Of a stretch of 64,000 nucleotides of DNA, positions 36,975 through 50,907 are shown one piece after another. How positions within the stretch are numbered: position 1 is the first letter of the stretch; each line of letters opens with the position of its first letter. The position numbers and the translations under genes were made by a program. The stretch lies in assembly GCA_965113315.1 (NCBI GenBank), contig OZ220368.1; one strand, 5' to 3'. The notes under the pieces are model-generated. The model was given only the letters and a program-made list of their open reading frames with translations, was not told the origin of the DNA and did no database searches. This DNA is from Podarcis vaucheri. Its lineage: Eukaryota.

Positions 36975-39900
36975 TAGATTTCATGATTTGTGTAGACTGC
37001 CGTGCCCCCTCCCGCAGTCACAAGCTGGCTTGGCACAATTATTCTTGCATAAACACGATTTGCAGGTCTTGACAACTAGAAGCCCTGTTTACTTGTAGTT
37101 CATGTGGGTCCCCCCACCCTTCCCTAAATGTACCTCATCAACCAATCATTACCAGGCATGGTATTTGGTTTGATGGCTAAATTCCAAAATATTCTTCTGT
37201 TTCTACTTAGTCCATCCCTTTACTTAAGTGATTACTTCTCCACTCCAACACTATTAAAAATATTCCTTTCTTACGCAAAACAAAAGCGCATTGTTGGCTT
37301 TTTAAAAAAAACGATAAAACAAAAGGTTATTATTCTCTTCTAATCTATGCAGAACTCTTTGCTAGGAGACAGGTTGTTTGTTCCATTTTTGTTTTACTCC
37401 TTTGCAACTACAAAATGCATGCATGTATGTGTGTGTTTGCACTTTCTATCCACCCCTCCACACAATAGGGAGTGAAGTTTCAAGGAACAAAAGCGGAATG
37501 TAATTTGACTTCAGTGAATGCTCAAGGCCTTTGGTAGGTAGGCTTCCTTTAAGAACTTAATCTGAGGACAACAAATCAACCTATGAAACACTACTTGTGA
37601 ATAGCAGCTGTAAGCAGCAAGAAAACAAGAGAGACCCTCTCAAAGCACACACCTTTCCTTGCATCAGGCCCTTGAATCATTGAAGAAGGGATGTAGCAAT
37701 CTCACAATCCTCAGATTATTTGATCCAATTCTCTGCAAGGGCAAGGAGGTGAAAGGGGAGGGTTTTTGCATCTATTTCCACTCACTCTGTAGGCAGAACC
37801 ACAATTTTTCTTGTTCCTTTGAGCACTCACAGCCCATTCATGGTGGGAAGATTTTCAAAAGACACTGTTTATTGAATGACACAAGGTGTGGATCATGAGT
37901 CATACTGCCTAAGTTACATTTTTAGAAATATACTATCGGCAGCCCATCTTTATTCTCCTCGCTCCCACATGAATGAATAAGATGATTGAAAGTGCCACTG
38001 TAACTCTTTACCAGGTAACACTTATGCACACTATATGCAAAAGTTACCATGAATTTGATTGCATCTATAAGTTACAAGAGGTAGGGACTATGAGAAGTGC
38101 AAGTGTGCATAAGACAAACTCCAGCCTAATTGTGGTTATTGCCATCACCAAGATTTTGGTCAAGAACGTATGTCAAAGGAGGTACTGCCATTGTGGTATC
38201 AAATGACAATGGACAAGGTGAAGGGGAAAGTTTGGGACATGAGGGACTCTTGGGAAGTATATTTTTGAACAGGGGATTTAGAAAAGAATTTTTCAAGGTC
38301 AGACTTAAAGCGACCCAAACATCTGGTTCTAAATACCACCTCCAAGTTCTTAAACTGCATACAGCCCCAAGAGTGGCAGGCTTTGAAATTCATCTCTGGC
38401 ATATGACAGCGCCTTTGACATGGTTTATCCAGATGGACTTAATCTTATGTTCCAATGTGATCACAGTATAAATATCTCCATCTTTCCCGACCTCCCCAGT
38501 GGTATGGTAGATTTCACTATAGAGCATGTTTTCTGTTTAGGGATTATATCCAGGTCTCTTAATGCATTGGGTTGGCTTTCCAGCCCCCCTCTTGTTGAAC
38601 ACTATAGGAGTAGTGTCACTTACAAGGGAGTAAGCCTTATTGGAGACCATGGGACTTAATTGTAATAAACATGTCTTGGATTGCATTGCTGCTGCTGTAC
38701 AGCTTCCAGACAGGTAAACTGTAATTAGACCTTACCTATGAGATCTGATAGTATTGGCAAGAGAGCGATAGCTCAGCTTGTTTGGCCTCAGATGTATTTG
38801 CTTTGCAAAAGGTTTAATCCATCATCAGGATTCGCTCCTGGAAGGCTTAAGAACATAGTGTAAAAGTAGACCATAACAAACGTCTCCTGCTGGTTCTGAG
38901 ATTGCAGTGAATTCTAAAGAAGGGCACGAAGCTTTGCATCCTATGCATTCTAACTTAGAAGTAGTTCTTAATTTCTAGAAGAAATATATGCCAGGGCTCA
39001 AGACTCATCATCTGATAGACCTTTGTGTTGTGTGGAGACTTGTAGTGAAGGAAATGTCAAACACATATAGCTGTATCTGTTTCATGGGTTCCAAGGTTAA
39101 GGCTGAGCACAGAAAAGAGATGCTGGAACAGAGCCATGGCAGAAATAAAGCTCTACTTAATTAGTTCATCAGAACTACCCAGTGCTGTGCAACATCTGTC
39201 TGTTCACTTCAGAACTTGTCTCATTGGCTTAGCTAGTGGGTTGCCTGGGAGGCTAGAACAGTAGGGCTGACTTCATGCTTCACCTTAGAAATGAAATGGA
39301 GTCTCATCTTGTTTTCTGAATTCTCATTTGTTATTCCCACTTACTAAGATGAGACATCAACAAACACCTGCATCTTTTTAATTGTTTGGCAGAACTGGCT
39401 GAAATTTGCAGGCATGGTAGCCCCTTGCGGGTGGATGAATCCTGTTAGCCACCCACTGAACAGTGGGACACCATGTCCCAAGTAGTGGTGGCTTCAAAGC
39501 CATTTCTTTGGGAGCCTTGAGCATCGCGCTGCTGCTGCTTCCAGAGAGATTCAATCACCTCAGACTACTTCAGACCCAAGTTGCTTCAGAAGCAGTCCAA
39601 ATACCTCCAAAGTGAGGTAATCTGTCTCGCATTCTTGCCTCGTCCAAGGCTTTTGCATATGGTATGCATAAGTGTGCATATGGCTGCAACTTTAATTTCA
39701 GTTACTCTTGCCATGACTCTCTATTCTCCTTTCTTTAGCCACTGAGCATACTTTTTAATATTAAGATCTGGAGATTTCTAACAGCTTTTCCCCTCTCCCC
39801 ACATCTGGAACAAGCTAATCGAAGCTTACTCTTAGGTTATGAGCATACTTTTATGTTCAGAGACGTTATAGGTCCTTCTACAAAAACAAAATTTGTTTAA

Positions 39901-40980
39901 GGGGGGGAGAGAATGAACAGTTCACTATATGTACAGTAAAGCTGTTTAAAATGCCTGCAGGTTGTTACATAAATAGGTGCTTGGTTCACAGAGGTTGCAA
40001 GCAAAGCTACTGGGGCTTGGCATGTAAAATACCAATTTCAAAACATGGCAGGCATGTTTAGGCATTGTTATAGGGCACCATAAATACTCAGAAGATGACA
40101 AAAGATTCTCATGTGCTCCAAGGCTTTCTTGCTGTGCCACATGATACACCCACAATCAGAGGCAGAATGACTCTCAATACCAGTGGCTGAATTCACAGGT
40201 GGGGAGAGTACAGCTGTTGTTCTCAGATCCTGCCTCTGGCCTCCCAAAAGGCCACTGTGTGACTAAAGTGCAGGTCTGCTGCCTTGATCCTGCAGTCTCT
40301 TTTTATGTTCTTAAATAATATGTGCGGTATGTATTTATTTGTGACATATTAGAATGCTGCTATTATTGGTTGGTTGGTTTTGGTTGGTTGGTTTTTGTTA
40401 TGCTATTGTATGCTGCTTTGTGAAGGCTTGCCTGAAAAAGCAGGGAATAATTATGTAAGATGAATAATGTCAATAAATACCCATGGTCTGTTGAGTAAAT
40501 ACTTGGGAGTTGTTTTGTACAGTGTACACTGATGATCCTCTGATCTATTCAGGGTGGATGGTGGTAGATGATCTGATTTACTGGGTGAAAGCCATTTGTT
40601 TAGAGCACTAAAACTTCCACCCTAGACTCACTTACCTGAAAGGAAGTGCTTTGAACATAATGGGACTTATTTGTGAATATTAATTATTATTAATAATATT
40701 AGACATGCATAGGATTTTGCTCTCATTTATAAATATGCGAGCCTTTTTCAAGCCTTGATAATGAACCTCAGAGTCTTTCACCTTCTACAAAGCCCACTAA
40801 AAACCACAGCATAGGGGCCCTGAAGCTTCCACCAACTGCACCCCAGGGCTCCAAATATTCAAGATTTCTTCTCATATCACATCAGTGGTTGTACTTCCTA
40901 TTAAGTCATTCTCTAACAATTATTACATGTTTGATGTTAAGGAAGTGGCTTTCCAATAAGAATGTGCTTTCAAATTAAGA

Positions 40981-40981
<1 letters not shown>

Positions 40982-41011
<30 letters not shown>
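40982..41011. repeat. (TG)n microsatellite
   Basis: Read directly. Confidence 0.95.
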
Positions 41012-41012
<1 letters not shown>

Positions 41013-42571
41013 TCAAGTAGTAAATTCTAAAGGAATAAAGGTGCCCTTGCAGCTAGGCTGTAGCCAAGGCACTGGGTGGGAGTCCTGTGACAGCACTCCA
41101 CAACCGACAACATTAACACAGAACAATGTATCCTTTCCGCACTTCAGTTTTCCTGTTTGATAAATGGAGCTGACTCTTGTGATGAAAACGGGACATAATG
41201 AGGCTTCAGGTGCCTTTTGATTCCCACATTAAGAGGTGATGTTCCAGTTCAAAGTGTGCGGCATTTGTAGTGGTTTCCAATTTCCTGAAAACATGTTATT
41301 CGTAATAACATGTGGTTAGTGGAAAGCGAGGAAGTATTAAATCTTGGACTCATATCAATTTGGCTGAAAATACCAGCTAAAGACATCCTCTTTGAGTATT
41401 TAGTCCAATTTCCCACATCCAGGTAGCCCCAGCAGAGCAATAAAACTGAAGATCTAGGGAAACGTGCCTGACAACAACAGGCCGTTCTCCAGCCTGCAAG
41501 CAGCTGGCCAACTGAAGACACCCTGGACTTTGCTTTTCTTTTAAAAAATGAGTGAAAGACAGGAACATTCCCCTATGTATCAATCCCATGTGCAATTTCA
41601 TGCCTCCTATTTACCAGAAATGGTTGCTATTTTTTCCCCTTTTTATATCCCTAATCTCAGACTGGGGTGGTGGTGGATGCATTGGGGCTCTAGTGCATAT
41701 GGATATAAAATTCAGCCTGGGCAAAGAACTATGGAGCAATATATTGAGCAAGTCATAACATTTGCTTATCTTGAATAAGAAAATAAAACACATTCTTTGC
41801 TCTTAATTTTTAAAAAATCCTTATGGAAATTAATCAGAATTTTAGTGTGAAGTTCTAATAAACTCAGTTTTAGATGCAGTTTTGACTATTAGTCTTTTTC
41901 TTTCATCTGAGAGGGTAAATTTCAGCAAGCAATTTTCCTTACCATAATGCACGTTTGTATGTCATATTCAGTATTCTCTCTATTATTATTTATTAATTAT
42001 TATTAATTATTATTATTATTATTTGCACACTTTCCAAAATATATGCATTTTTGTAAATGTCGGCTGGAGAGCCACACTGCAAAATTAAGTGCGGCTATCA
42101 AAGATTAGCTGTGTTTTGAGTGAGTACATTGTTTTGGAAAGTGCGAATTTGATAAATTCAACTTTAAATGTGTACTGAATTGCATTTCTCCTCCACCCCT
42201 AGAAGATGACCAGAAAAGAAGTGTGCAAGTCAGTGGCTGGCAAACTGAAGGGGCAGGTGCTAGGTGCTAGGTGTGTCAGACAAGGTGCTAACAACTCTGG
42301 TAGTCAGCAGCCAAACTGAGGGGACAGACGACATTCATGTGTGTTTCTGGGAACTGCGTGTCCTTTCAGTAGTCCTGGCTGGCACACTTTGTACTACAAA
42401 GCCAATGTCTGCCCTGAAGCACAGTGAAGAGGAGAAGCAGACAGCTATGAGTGGTTGAAAACAAGCCACTTTTACATTCCTACACTGTGTTTTTCCTCCC
42501 AGAAGTCCTTAAGGTGAGAGAACATTCCAAAGCGTGTTCATGATGCTTGAGCAAAGCACAGCAACAAAATA

Positions 42572-42797
42572 CAGTGGTACCTCGGGTTACATACGCTTCA
42601 GGTTACAGACTCTGCTAACCCAGGAATATTACCTCGGGTTAAGAACTTTGCTTCAGGGTGATAACAGAAATCGTGCTCCGGTGGCGCAGCGGCAGCAGGA
42701 GGCCCCATAAGCTAAAGTGGTACTTCAGGTTAAGAACAGTTTCAGGTTAACAACGGACCTCCAGAATGAATTAAGTATGTAACCAGAGGTACCACTG
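42572..42797. mobile_element. Tc1/mariner MITE, family A copy 3 (opposite orientation to copies 1 and 2)
   Basis: TA|CAGTGGTACCTCGGGTTA...TAACCAGAGGTACCACTG|TA. Confidence 0.9.
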
Positions 42798-43879
42798 TAG
42801 TTGTTAACAGTTGTGGCATAGTGTAATTAAGGAATTCCAAACCCCCTTCTCTTTAACTTGTTGGTTTTCTTTTTCATCTGAGGGGGTAGGTTTACATATC
42901 TGTATCCCTATGAGTTGGAAACACCAATTGAAAAAAGGACTGTGTCATTCAAAGGTCGGGGGAACACTCCCCACCTGAAAACAATGTGAAGTCAGGACCT
43001 TGGAAACCCACAAAGCCTCTTTTCATGTGTGAATTTGCTGGGGGGGGGGGGAATACCAATGAAAAAATATAAGGGGTCCTTATCTTCCTGCCAAGATCCC
43101 TAAAGTTCATTGGTGACTAACATGACTAGGGACTTGCATGCTAAAATCACCCCTAGATAAAATTTTCCCTCCTGCCCCAAATCGTAATGAAAATGTATAA
43201 GCTTCTACTAAGCCACAGGTTGCTTATACTGGTCAGAATGTGAATTAAATGAATGTGATAATTTTCTGATTTCTGGTATTTCCCCCCCCCCCACCAACAA
43301 TCTTGGATTAATGCTGTAAGTTGTATTTTAAAAACTAAACTGTCACCATTTTTAAAAGAGAGTGTTAAGAAACAATATTTATTATTTTTCCATGTACAGC
43401 AGATCCCAAACTGCCTTTTCATCCTATGTCAACACTTTTCTTGCTTTCCCATAAACATATACAGATGAAGGCACAGGAAAATGTTGATGGAGAAGGAAAA
43501 TATCATTACAGAAGCACATTAAGTCATAGCAAAGTAATGTGGCTACCAGCTGGTTTCTGTTAATGCCTGTGGTTTATCTCACTCATATAGGGGGTAGGTG
43601 CAAATCAATGTCTGCACCTCATTAATAATGCCACTTGAAATCTAATTGCTTACATTAAGTGGAAGTGAGCTTATGATGCAATGAGAGCCAAACTAGTTTT
43701 AATAGCAGACTTGGGGATGGGGAGGAGGGAATTCATATCAGAATCACAGCACTAGGGGATGAAGGAGTTTAACCCAGTAGTGGATGGAGTAGTGTGGTGA
43801 CAGCGCTCAGCTGACCTCCTCACAGCTGAGTCGTTGCTGTTTACTGGGAGGGGGGCAAGGCGTCAGGGAAGTCAATGTG

Positions 43880-44138
43880 GTGCTTCCTCCCAAGAATCAT
43901 GGGATAACCATAGCTTGCTAAGGCTGCTGAGAGCTGTTCGGAGATCCCAGTTCCACTCACAGAGCTATAGTTCCCAGTGTGGTTTAGCCATCAATCCCCG
44001 TCTCCAGGGAACCTTGGAAATTGTAACTGTGAGAAGAATAGGCGGCTCCTAATAACTCTCAGCATCCTAAACAAACGACTATTCCCCGGATTTATTTGGG
44101 GGGAAAGCCATGACTCTTTAAATCTATAATGTGGACAT
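43880..44138. mobile_element. MITE family C-related, degraded
   Basis: CACAGAGCTATAGTTCCCAG...AACAAACGACTATTCCCCGGATTT, similar to the 26058 copy. Confidence 0.45.
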
Positions 44139-45339
44139 AGGCCTTGTATTATGTGCTGAAAATAGCAACTTTTTCCTCCTTTAAAGGACAGATCAGGACA
44201 GGACTATGTTTGAGAAGTATTCCCTTATCTGGCTGATATCCGATGAGGCCAGCATAAATCTATGTGAATTTCCACCCAGATGGAATCTTATTTGGCCTAA
44301 TCCTGTATATTTGGTTTCTATCGCAAACCAAATATTTGCTATGCTGGGAGCAACCAGCACACTAATATCCTTTGGAGCTGTTTTGCAATCCTAAAGATTT
44401 CCATATGTACTTTCCAAACTGATTGGCTAAGCAGTATTCACTTTATTGTTCTCCAGGAACAAAAAACACACTGTCGATAAAATTTCTAACAAAGACCATT
44501 AGTGGCGGAGAAGATAGCAAGAGATAAGACAATAGAAGGAAGCCATTAAACCATTCCCTTCAGCCTCAGAGATGGGGGGGGGGACTCCATTGTGCAAGCC
44601 AAACCTCACTGTTGCTATTACAAAGGGATACGGTTCAAGGATGGCCACAAAATATCATAAATAATACAGGCTTCAGTTCAGGCAGTTTAAAAGAAGCAGA
44701 AAACACTGAAATTTGCTTCTACTTTCCACTTTGCTTTGCATTATGTCTTGCAGGAGAAATAGCCACCTGGGGAAATGTTCTAGATTCAGATCCACAGACT
44801 TGGGGCACATGTGGGCGTTGTGGATGTGTTCAAGAGGGAAAGGACTATTCCATTTTTGTTATAGCCACATGGGAACTGCTTTTCTGTTTTGCACTCCTAC
44901 ATGGTTTTCTTTCTCCTTGGCACCAATGGTTTGAGTAGAAAGAACCTTCCAATCTGCCCTGTCTGTATTTAGTGGGGCATGGGCAATTACCCTGCACAGG
45001 GCACCAAGCCAAGGGGTGCAACACAACAATAACACCAATATTTATAGAGGTACCTATTGAGAAAGTGCATAAAAAGGAACTGTACCAAAAGGAAATATTG
45101 TGAAAATAAGATTGGGGGGGGGCAATTTTGTCCTCACTCAGGGCACTATATTACCAAAGTCAGCCCCTACATATGGCTATGTCATACACAGATAAGCTCC
45201 AGTCATATGGGATTGAATCTCAGCAAAAGTGGCTCCTGTACACCATTGTCATGGCCAGTCACATAACAAAATCTATTTGCATATAAATGATCCTTAAATG
45301 TCCATTCCTCTAATGTTGATGCTAACCTTGCCCTCTATA

Positions 45340-46128
45340 TTGTTGTGAGTTTGCGGGTTTGTGTGTGGTTTGAGTCCTTTGTAATTCCTGCATTCAGCAA
45401 GGATTCAATTGCTGGAATAGCCAGGACAGCTTCTTGGTAATGGCCTCCTAAGTATGGGTCCTTAGGGTAACGAAGGAAGTGGCTGTGTGCCAGAGGACAA
45501 ATGGATGAGGTCCCCTCCTCCAACTGGTCCCCACCCCACTCAGCTCTAATCTGTGGCTCCTAGAAGCTGTCCACACAGCAGCCACACCCCAGGAACAGCT
45601 TCGATTGGCTAGCTAAACCAGGTGAGGATAGCTGATGGATCTCAAGCCCTCAGTAAGTTTGGGACTTCCCCTGCATACAGACACAGCTTCCAGTGGATTG
45701 ACTGGATGAGACCAATAGTGGGTCTAATGGTCAAGAAGGTGGTTTCTGCATGTGCTTTAGAGGGAAGTGATGGGCAGATGGGGCTCATCAACCTGGGAAG
45801 GTAGCCTATCTAGGAGAAGGAAAACTCTGATCCTAAACATCTGCTGCCTTGTGAGATATCTTTGGGAGAAGAAAAGGCGAAGGAGTAAACCCTACACAAA
45901 TATGGACTCCCTAAGATGGCTCGATGATGCCTTGTATGCCTCCTTCCAGCAAATCCTGCAGCCAAGCTAATGCCAAATGTATTGTTCTCCTTTCCTTTAG
46001 ACCACATCAGTGAGACCATGAGGAGGCTTGTGCCCCAGGCAGGTCACTTCCGTACTGCTAACACAGTGGTTTGACTTCACCCCTAGAAGTGCACTCCATT
46101 GTCTCTCGAGACAGAAAGATGCCAACAA
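45340..46128 (+). mobile_element. Probable non-autonomous RTE-clade retroelement remnant (boundaries uncertain)
   Basis: CTAGGAGAAGGAAAACTCTGA motif resembles RTE-type 5' UTR sequence; ends in GCCAACAA. No ORF or TSD was found, and the call rests on recognition only. Confidence 0.35.
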
Positions 46129-46262
46129 AAATAATATCTGACTTTCTGACATTCAGTGTACCTTAGGAACATGGGAAGGGAGTTGTATTATACTGACAGG
46201 CAGGAGGTATCCTGCTCGCTTTGACAGCATATATACTGAAATGGGAATGATACAGAGGAGGT

Positions 46263-46375
46263 ATCCAGGGTTTCAGGCAGAGTTCTCTCCCAGCCCTCCC
46301 TAGAAATGCCAGAGAGTGAAACCGGGACCTTCTGCATACAAAGCAGATGGGCCTACATGCTGAGTGACAGCCTTT
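46263..46375 (-). mobile_element. Squam3-like SINE 5' fragment
   Basis: TCCAGGGTTTCAGGCAG...GGGACCTTCTGCAT...CTGAG; reverse complement of the 34926 family. Confidence 0.65.
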
Positions 46376-46424
46376 TCCACACTTAGAGCACATCTGTAGC
46401 AATTTCCTGTCTGTCACAGAAGTA

Positions 46425-46852
46425 CAGTGGTACCTCGGGTTACAGACACTTCAGGTTACAGACTCCACTAATGCAGAAATAGTACCTCAGGTTAAGAACT
46501 TTGCTTCAGGATGAGAACAGAAATCGCACGGCAGTGGTGCGGTTAAGAACAGTTTCAGGTTAAGAACGGACCTCCAGAATGAATTAAGTTCTTAACCCGA
46601 GGTAAAGGTCAAGGTACCCCCGCCCATACAGGCCAGTCTTGCCAGACTCTAGGGTTGTGCGCTCATCTCACTCTAGAAGCTGGGAGCCAGCGCTGTCCGC
46701 AGACACTTCCGGGTCACGTGGCCAGCGTGACAAAGCTGCATCTGGCGAGCCAGCGCAGCACACGGAACGCCGTTTACCTTCCCGCTAGTAAGCGGTCCCT
46801 ATTTATCTACTTGCACCCGAAGGTGCTTTCGAACTAACCCGAGGTACCACTG
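46425..46852. mobile_element. Tc1/mariner MITE, family A copy 4, interrupted by a Sauria SINE
   Basis: TA|CAGTGGTACCTCGGGTTA...TAACCCGAGGTACCACTG|TA, with an internal deletion relative to copy 3. Confidence 0.9.
46605..46834 (-). mobile_element. 5'-truncated Sauria SINE (different subfamily from 21132)
   Basis: TSD TAACCCGAGGTA (46593-46604 and 46835-46846); core CTTCCGGGTCACGTGGCCAGC...CCTATTTATCTACTTGCAC...TGCTTTCGAACT shared with 21132. Confidence 0.9.
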
Positions 46853-47850
46853 TATTATTCCAGTTTTAATTACCCCTGCCTGCCTCCCAAGACACATATC
46901 TGGAACTGATAAACCCACCTTTATTCCCTGAGCACCGAAAGATTGGGTTTTAGGCCCCTCAGTCTGTAAAGATGTGTACAGCAATCTGACTTCAAAACAA
47001 AGAGAACTTCGTGAAGTTGGAGGCAGCGGAAGCCTTTGAAGGATCACGTCGTGCGTGTGTGTTTGAACACTAACACAAATTTCAGATTACTCTGGAAACA
47101 AATTCCATTGCAAGTGACCAGGAGCCGCAGCAACCCATGATGAATGAAACAAGCACTTCAGAGGTTAACCGAGCTTTCTAAAGAGGAAGCAGGTTTTGTC
47201 TCCCAGCCCCACCACTGGAAAATATTAAAACAATAAAAATAAGAAGCAGAGGAGTATGTTTTTGTAAAAGAAGCAAATTTCCTGCCTGCTGCGGCTCTGA
47301 TAAATTTCAGTCAGGGATGACAAGAGAAGGGGGCTGGGGGAGACAAACGGACTTCCTGGAAAACCAGACAGGCTAGAATTAATTGAGGACATCTTCATCA
47401 GCAGAACAGCTGGTTCTGGGGCCTAATCATCAGCAAAAACAGAGCCATAAATTGAACAGGAAACAGAAAAGTCTGAATCAAACTTTCAGGATCCAAATGT
47501 GCAAAAGAAAAAGTAAAACACAGCCGAAGAACCAAGCCTTCCGGCAGGAAGGCAACCACCAAAAGGAAGTGCCAGTGGCCTGAGCAATGAAACAGCCTCT
47601 CAGGGCTCCCAGTCCTCATGCCAACTGCTGGCACACGTTCAGCAGTGAGTGGATGCCTGGCCCACTAAACAGAGGCTGCTGCTGGATGATCTTGACAGTT
47701 CAGCGTGAGTCACAAAAGATGCCTTCAATCTCCACAGCACCAAGTATAAGGCTCTAGGGGCTTTTTCTAGTAGAGGAACAAGAGCAGCACTTCCCAGCCA
47801 AAATATTTCACACAGCAGTCGGAGAGACAGTAGAAAGTGAATTGTTTCAA

Positions 47851-48261
47851 AAAGGAATGGCAAGATAAAATGTTAAGAGTATATTGAACTGGCTAGATTA
47901 ACAGAGGCAATTAGAGATCACACTAGACAAGAGTTTCAAAAAGCGTGGGGAAAATGCAGAGAATACTTCACAAAACAGCGCCCTAAGATACATACCTGGA
48001 CTTGTTTCGATTAATGACTGCAGGAGACTTTGTGTATATTTAAGTTATAATTAGAAAGATCTAATTATTCATAAAGGACACAGTTTATAAGAAGTAAATA
48101 AGGAGGCCAGATACAGGATAAAGGAAGTATTTTATTTCGTTGTTTGTATTGTTGTATGTTATGTTCACTGTATGTTATGTTCATGTTTAATGTGTATTGG
48201 AGGGTGGGAGAGTTGTGTTATGTTGTAAATAAAATTCCAATAAAAATGTAAAATTAAAAAA
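47851..48261 (+). mobile_element. L1/Tx1-type LINE 3' end (5'-truncated)
   Basis: 19-bp TSD AGAAAGTGAATTGTTTCAA (47832-47850 and 48262-48280). Residual ORF2 C-terminus KEWQDKML/EYIELARLTEAIRDHTRQEFQKAWGKCREYF...*. AATAAA signals and an A-rich tail. Confidence 0.8.
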
Positions 48262-50907
48262 AGAAAGTGAATTGTTTCAACTTTTGTTTATTTTATTTCT
48301 TCAATTAAGTGTCTCTCCCGCCTTTCCTCCCAAAGGAGCCCAGGCAAGGCGTCAGAGTAGTAAAACAATACAACTGAAGATAAAATAAAAACTTATTTAA
48401 AACATTTAAGAACAATTAAGAACATCTAAAAACGATCACATCTGCCCCACAGCTAATAATTTCAGGTTGCCGGGAATATCATTCAGTCAAAAAAAATGAC
48501 TGGGTAAATGAAAATGTTTTTCATGGGGTATGGGACCTTAGCTAGAATCATGCACACTTCCATGGAAGTAGATCCCATTGAACTCAATGGGCCTTGCTTC
48601 TGGAAAAACAGGTTAGTGGCCCCTTATCTCATCTGGATGCCCCCCCTCCCCTTATCCTTTAGGGAAATGCTACGGTTGTTGGTTTTAAAGAACCATTTGA
48701 TTTGACTGTTTCTTTAGAATATATTGTAGTAGAACTTATTCAAAAAAAGAAATCAGCTAAAAGAGTGTAGTCTTGCCTTGTCACAAGGATTCAGGAGCCT
48801 CTTAGCATATCAGGAGCAAAGCTATTATATTAGCGTGGCTGGCATACCAAGGGAGAATTCACATGCACCATGTATCCTGTTTCAACCAGGCTGCCATCCC
48901 ACAGGGGACTGAGCTGGAAGTCACACAACAACAATTAGCTAGTACAGGCTCCAGAAACCAAGGGCAGGTCCTTCAGGACCTAGGATAACTCCCAAGGAAG
49001 ACAGGTGCTGCTTTGACTCTGGCCTGAGCTTTGAAGTGCCTGAAGAAGAAGAAGAAAGGGGGGGAGCAGTCCTGCTCAGAGCCTGAGCCCTGTCCCTCAT
49101 CTGAGTGCTAGCAAGAAAGCTTTGGCTTGGAGCTATGCGTTTCCAATGTCACTGGCTGACCTTCAGGTACTCTGCTTCTCTGCTGGAGAGTTGACATGCC
49201 TTTGGGTAGTCATGGCGGTGCCAGGGATGGGTAGGGGGCAAGTGCCACCCCAGGCAAGCAACACTTAAAATTTTATGATATGTGTTTTCTCTTGACAAAA
49301 CATGTATATATATTTTTGTTCCTGTACTTAGGTCTTCTAAAAAGTGAGCTTGCATTTAAACAAATGACTTGAATACTGTCTTTTGTCACACAAGAGAAGG
49401 TATGCATCACTGCCTATTAAAACCAGGCAGACACCTTTTTTGTACTATGTTTAGTACAAAAACCTTTCTGTTTAGGCAAGCCTACCCAGATATGAAATAT
49501 ATATATTTGTAATGTATTTGTTGATCGTATCTATATTTTGATAATTTTATTATGACTTCTTTTCTCAGTAAGGTTTTCTTGGTCTTTTCTGATGACTATT
49601 TTTATATTATTTTATGTAAACTGCTTGGAGCTTGTAGTATGCTTTTTAATCAAGCAGCATATAAATTGGGATAAATAAATAAATCACGGCCTGAGGTCTC
49701 TATTCAGATTTTCTGCCTTAGGCATCAAAAACCTATTAGGACAGGCCCCGATGGTCTGAAGGTGCTGCCAGTTATTACAACTCAGTGCTAGGGGTGGGGA
49801 ACCCTACCTTTAAGTTGTCCAGTTGTACACTGTGAATAGTAATACGTTCCTGAACTGAGCTATTCCGCCAAGATAAACTCAGGAAACAATTGATGACGGA
49901 TCAGAAGTGAAAGCGGGGCAGAGAGTGGAGTACCTTTGGCATTAGTCACTGAAAGCTGTTTGTGCAAGAGCTAATTTATTTCCAAGGATTATATTTCCAA
50001 GGAAATTCTGTCTCCAGTGCCTGCAGAACTGAATCACTTTGTTGTGTTGGGCCCAACAGGTGTTTAGTCTTCGCTCCTCGTCTCTGGTTTTGGTGGCATG
50101 CGGTTAAACCACATCCTTTTGAGCCATCAGACATTTCACTCCTCTTCAGAGTGATGTGACAGAAGTTGATCCTGCGCACAGATTAGTCATTCCTAAATAG
50201 AAGAGAAGCTTACAAGAAAGCCCCGATTTTTACGAGGTCTCTGCAAACAAACAAAGCAAAAGTTTTGCTCCGATATTTCATGGTGTTCTGGTCACCCACG
50301 TGAGTACTTTCTCATGAGATGTGAGATTGCAGAGGATCATGAGAAACAATAACCTCCTTTTGTAGTTGTGGTTTTGACCAAACCAAGACTCATTTCCTTT
50401 TTTTAGAATAATAATAATAATCACAGAACATTATCTCTGCATCCTAAAACAATACTTCTGAAAAAGGAAAAAGAAAGTTTACTCAGAGTCCATTTGGTGT
50501 TTCAAAATTCCAGACACACTATGAACAAAACCACAGAGATGTAGTACAGCACACACACACCCTCCATCCCAAGCACTCCTTTTTTCCCTGCTGCAGCTTT
50601 GATGGACCACCACTTCAAACCTTAGCATTACTGACTGGCTTAGCAATTTGTTCCTCGTATCATATGGAAAGTTTCTGAAGCTTCAGATGTGTAGTGGCAT
50701 TTGCTTCTTGTCTTAAAAGAGGAAGGGGGGGGAAGGAACACAGGGGTTGAACATGAGGATCCAATTGTCTGATAAACAGAAACATCTGTTGGAATCATGA
50801 ACAGTTGATTAGTGGAGTTCATTTCCAGGGTACAGCTTTCAGTGAAACTCTCTCGTTTCTGAACGTTGCATGTGTCAGCGATCCCCAAATGGTGGGTCAA
50901 GACTCAC

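Noticed and set aside
36359-37072. 237-aa ORF and the similar 128-aa ORF at 56999-57385
   Set aside because: They read through GC-rich family B MITEs; the similarity is just the shared MITE ends, with no transposase motifs.
38390-38540. Short minus-strand frame with YSEI...IYTVI (ITAM/ITIM-like)
   Set aside because: Only about 45 aa, with a poor acceptor and no neighbouring exons; likely chance.
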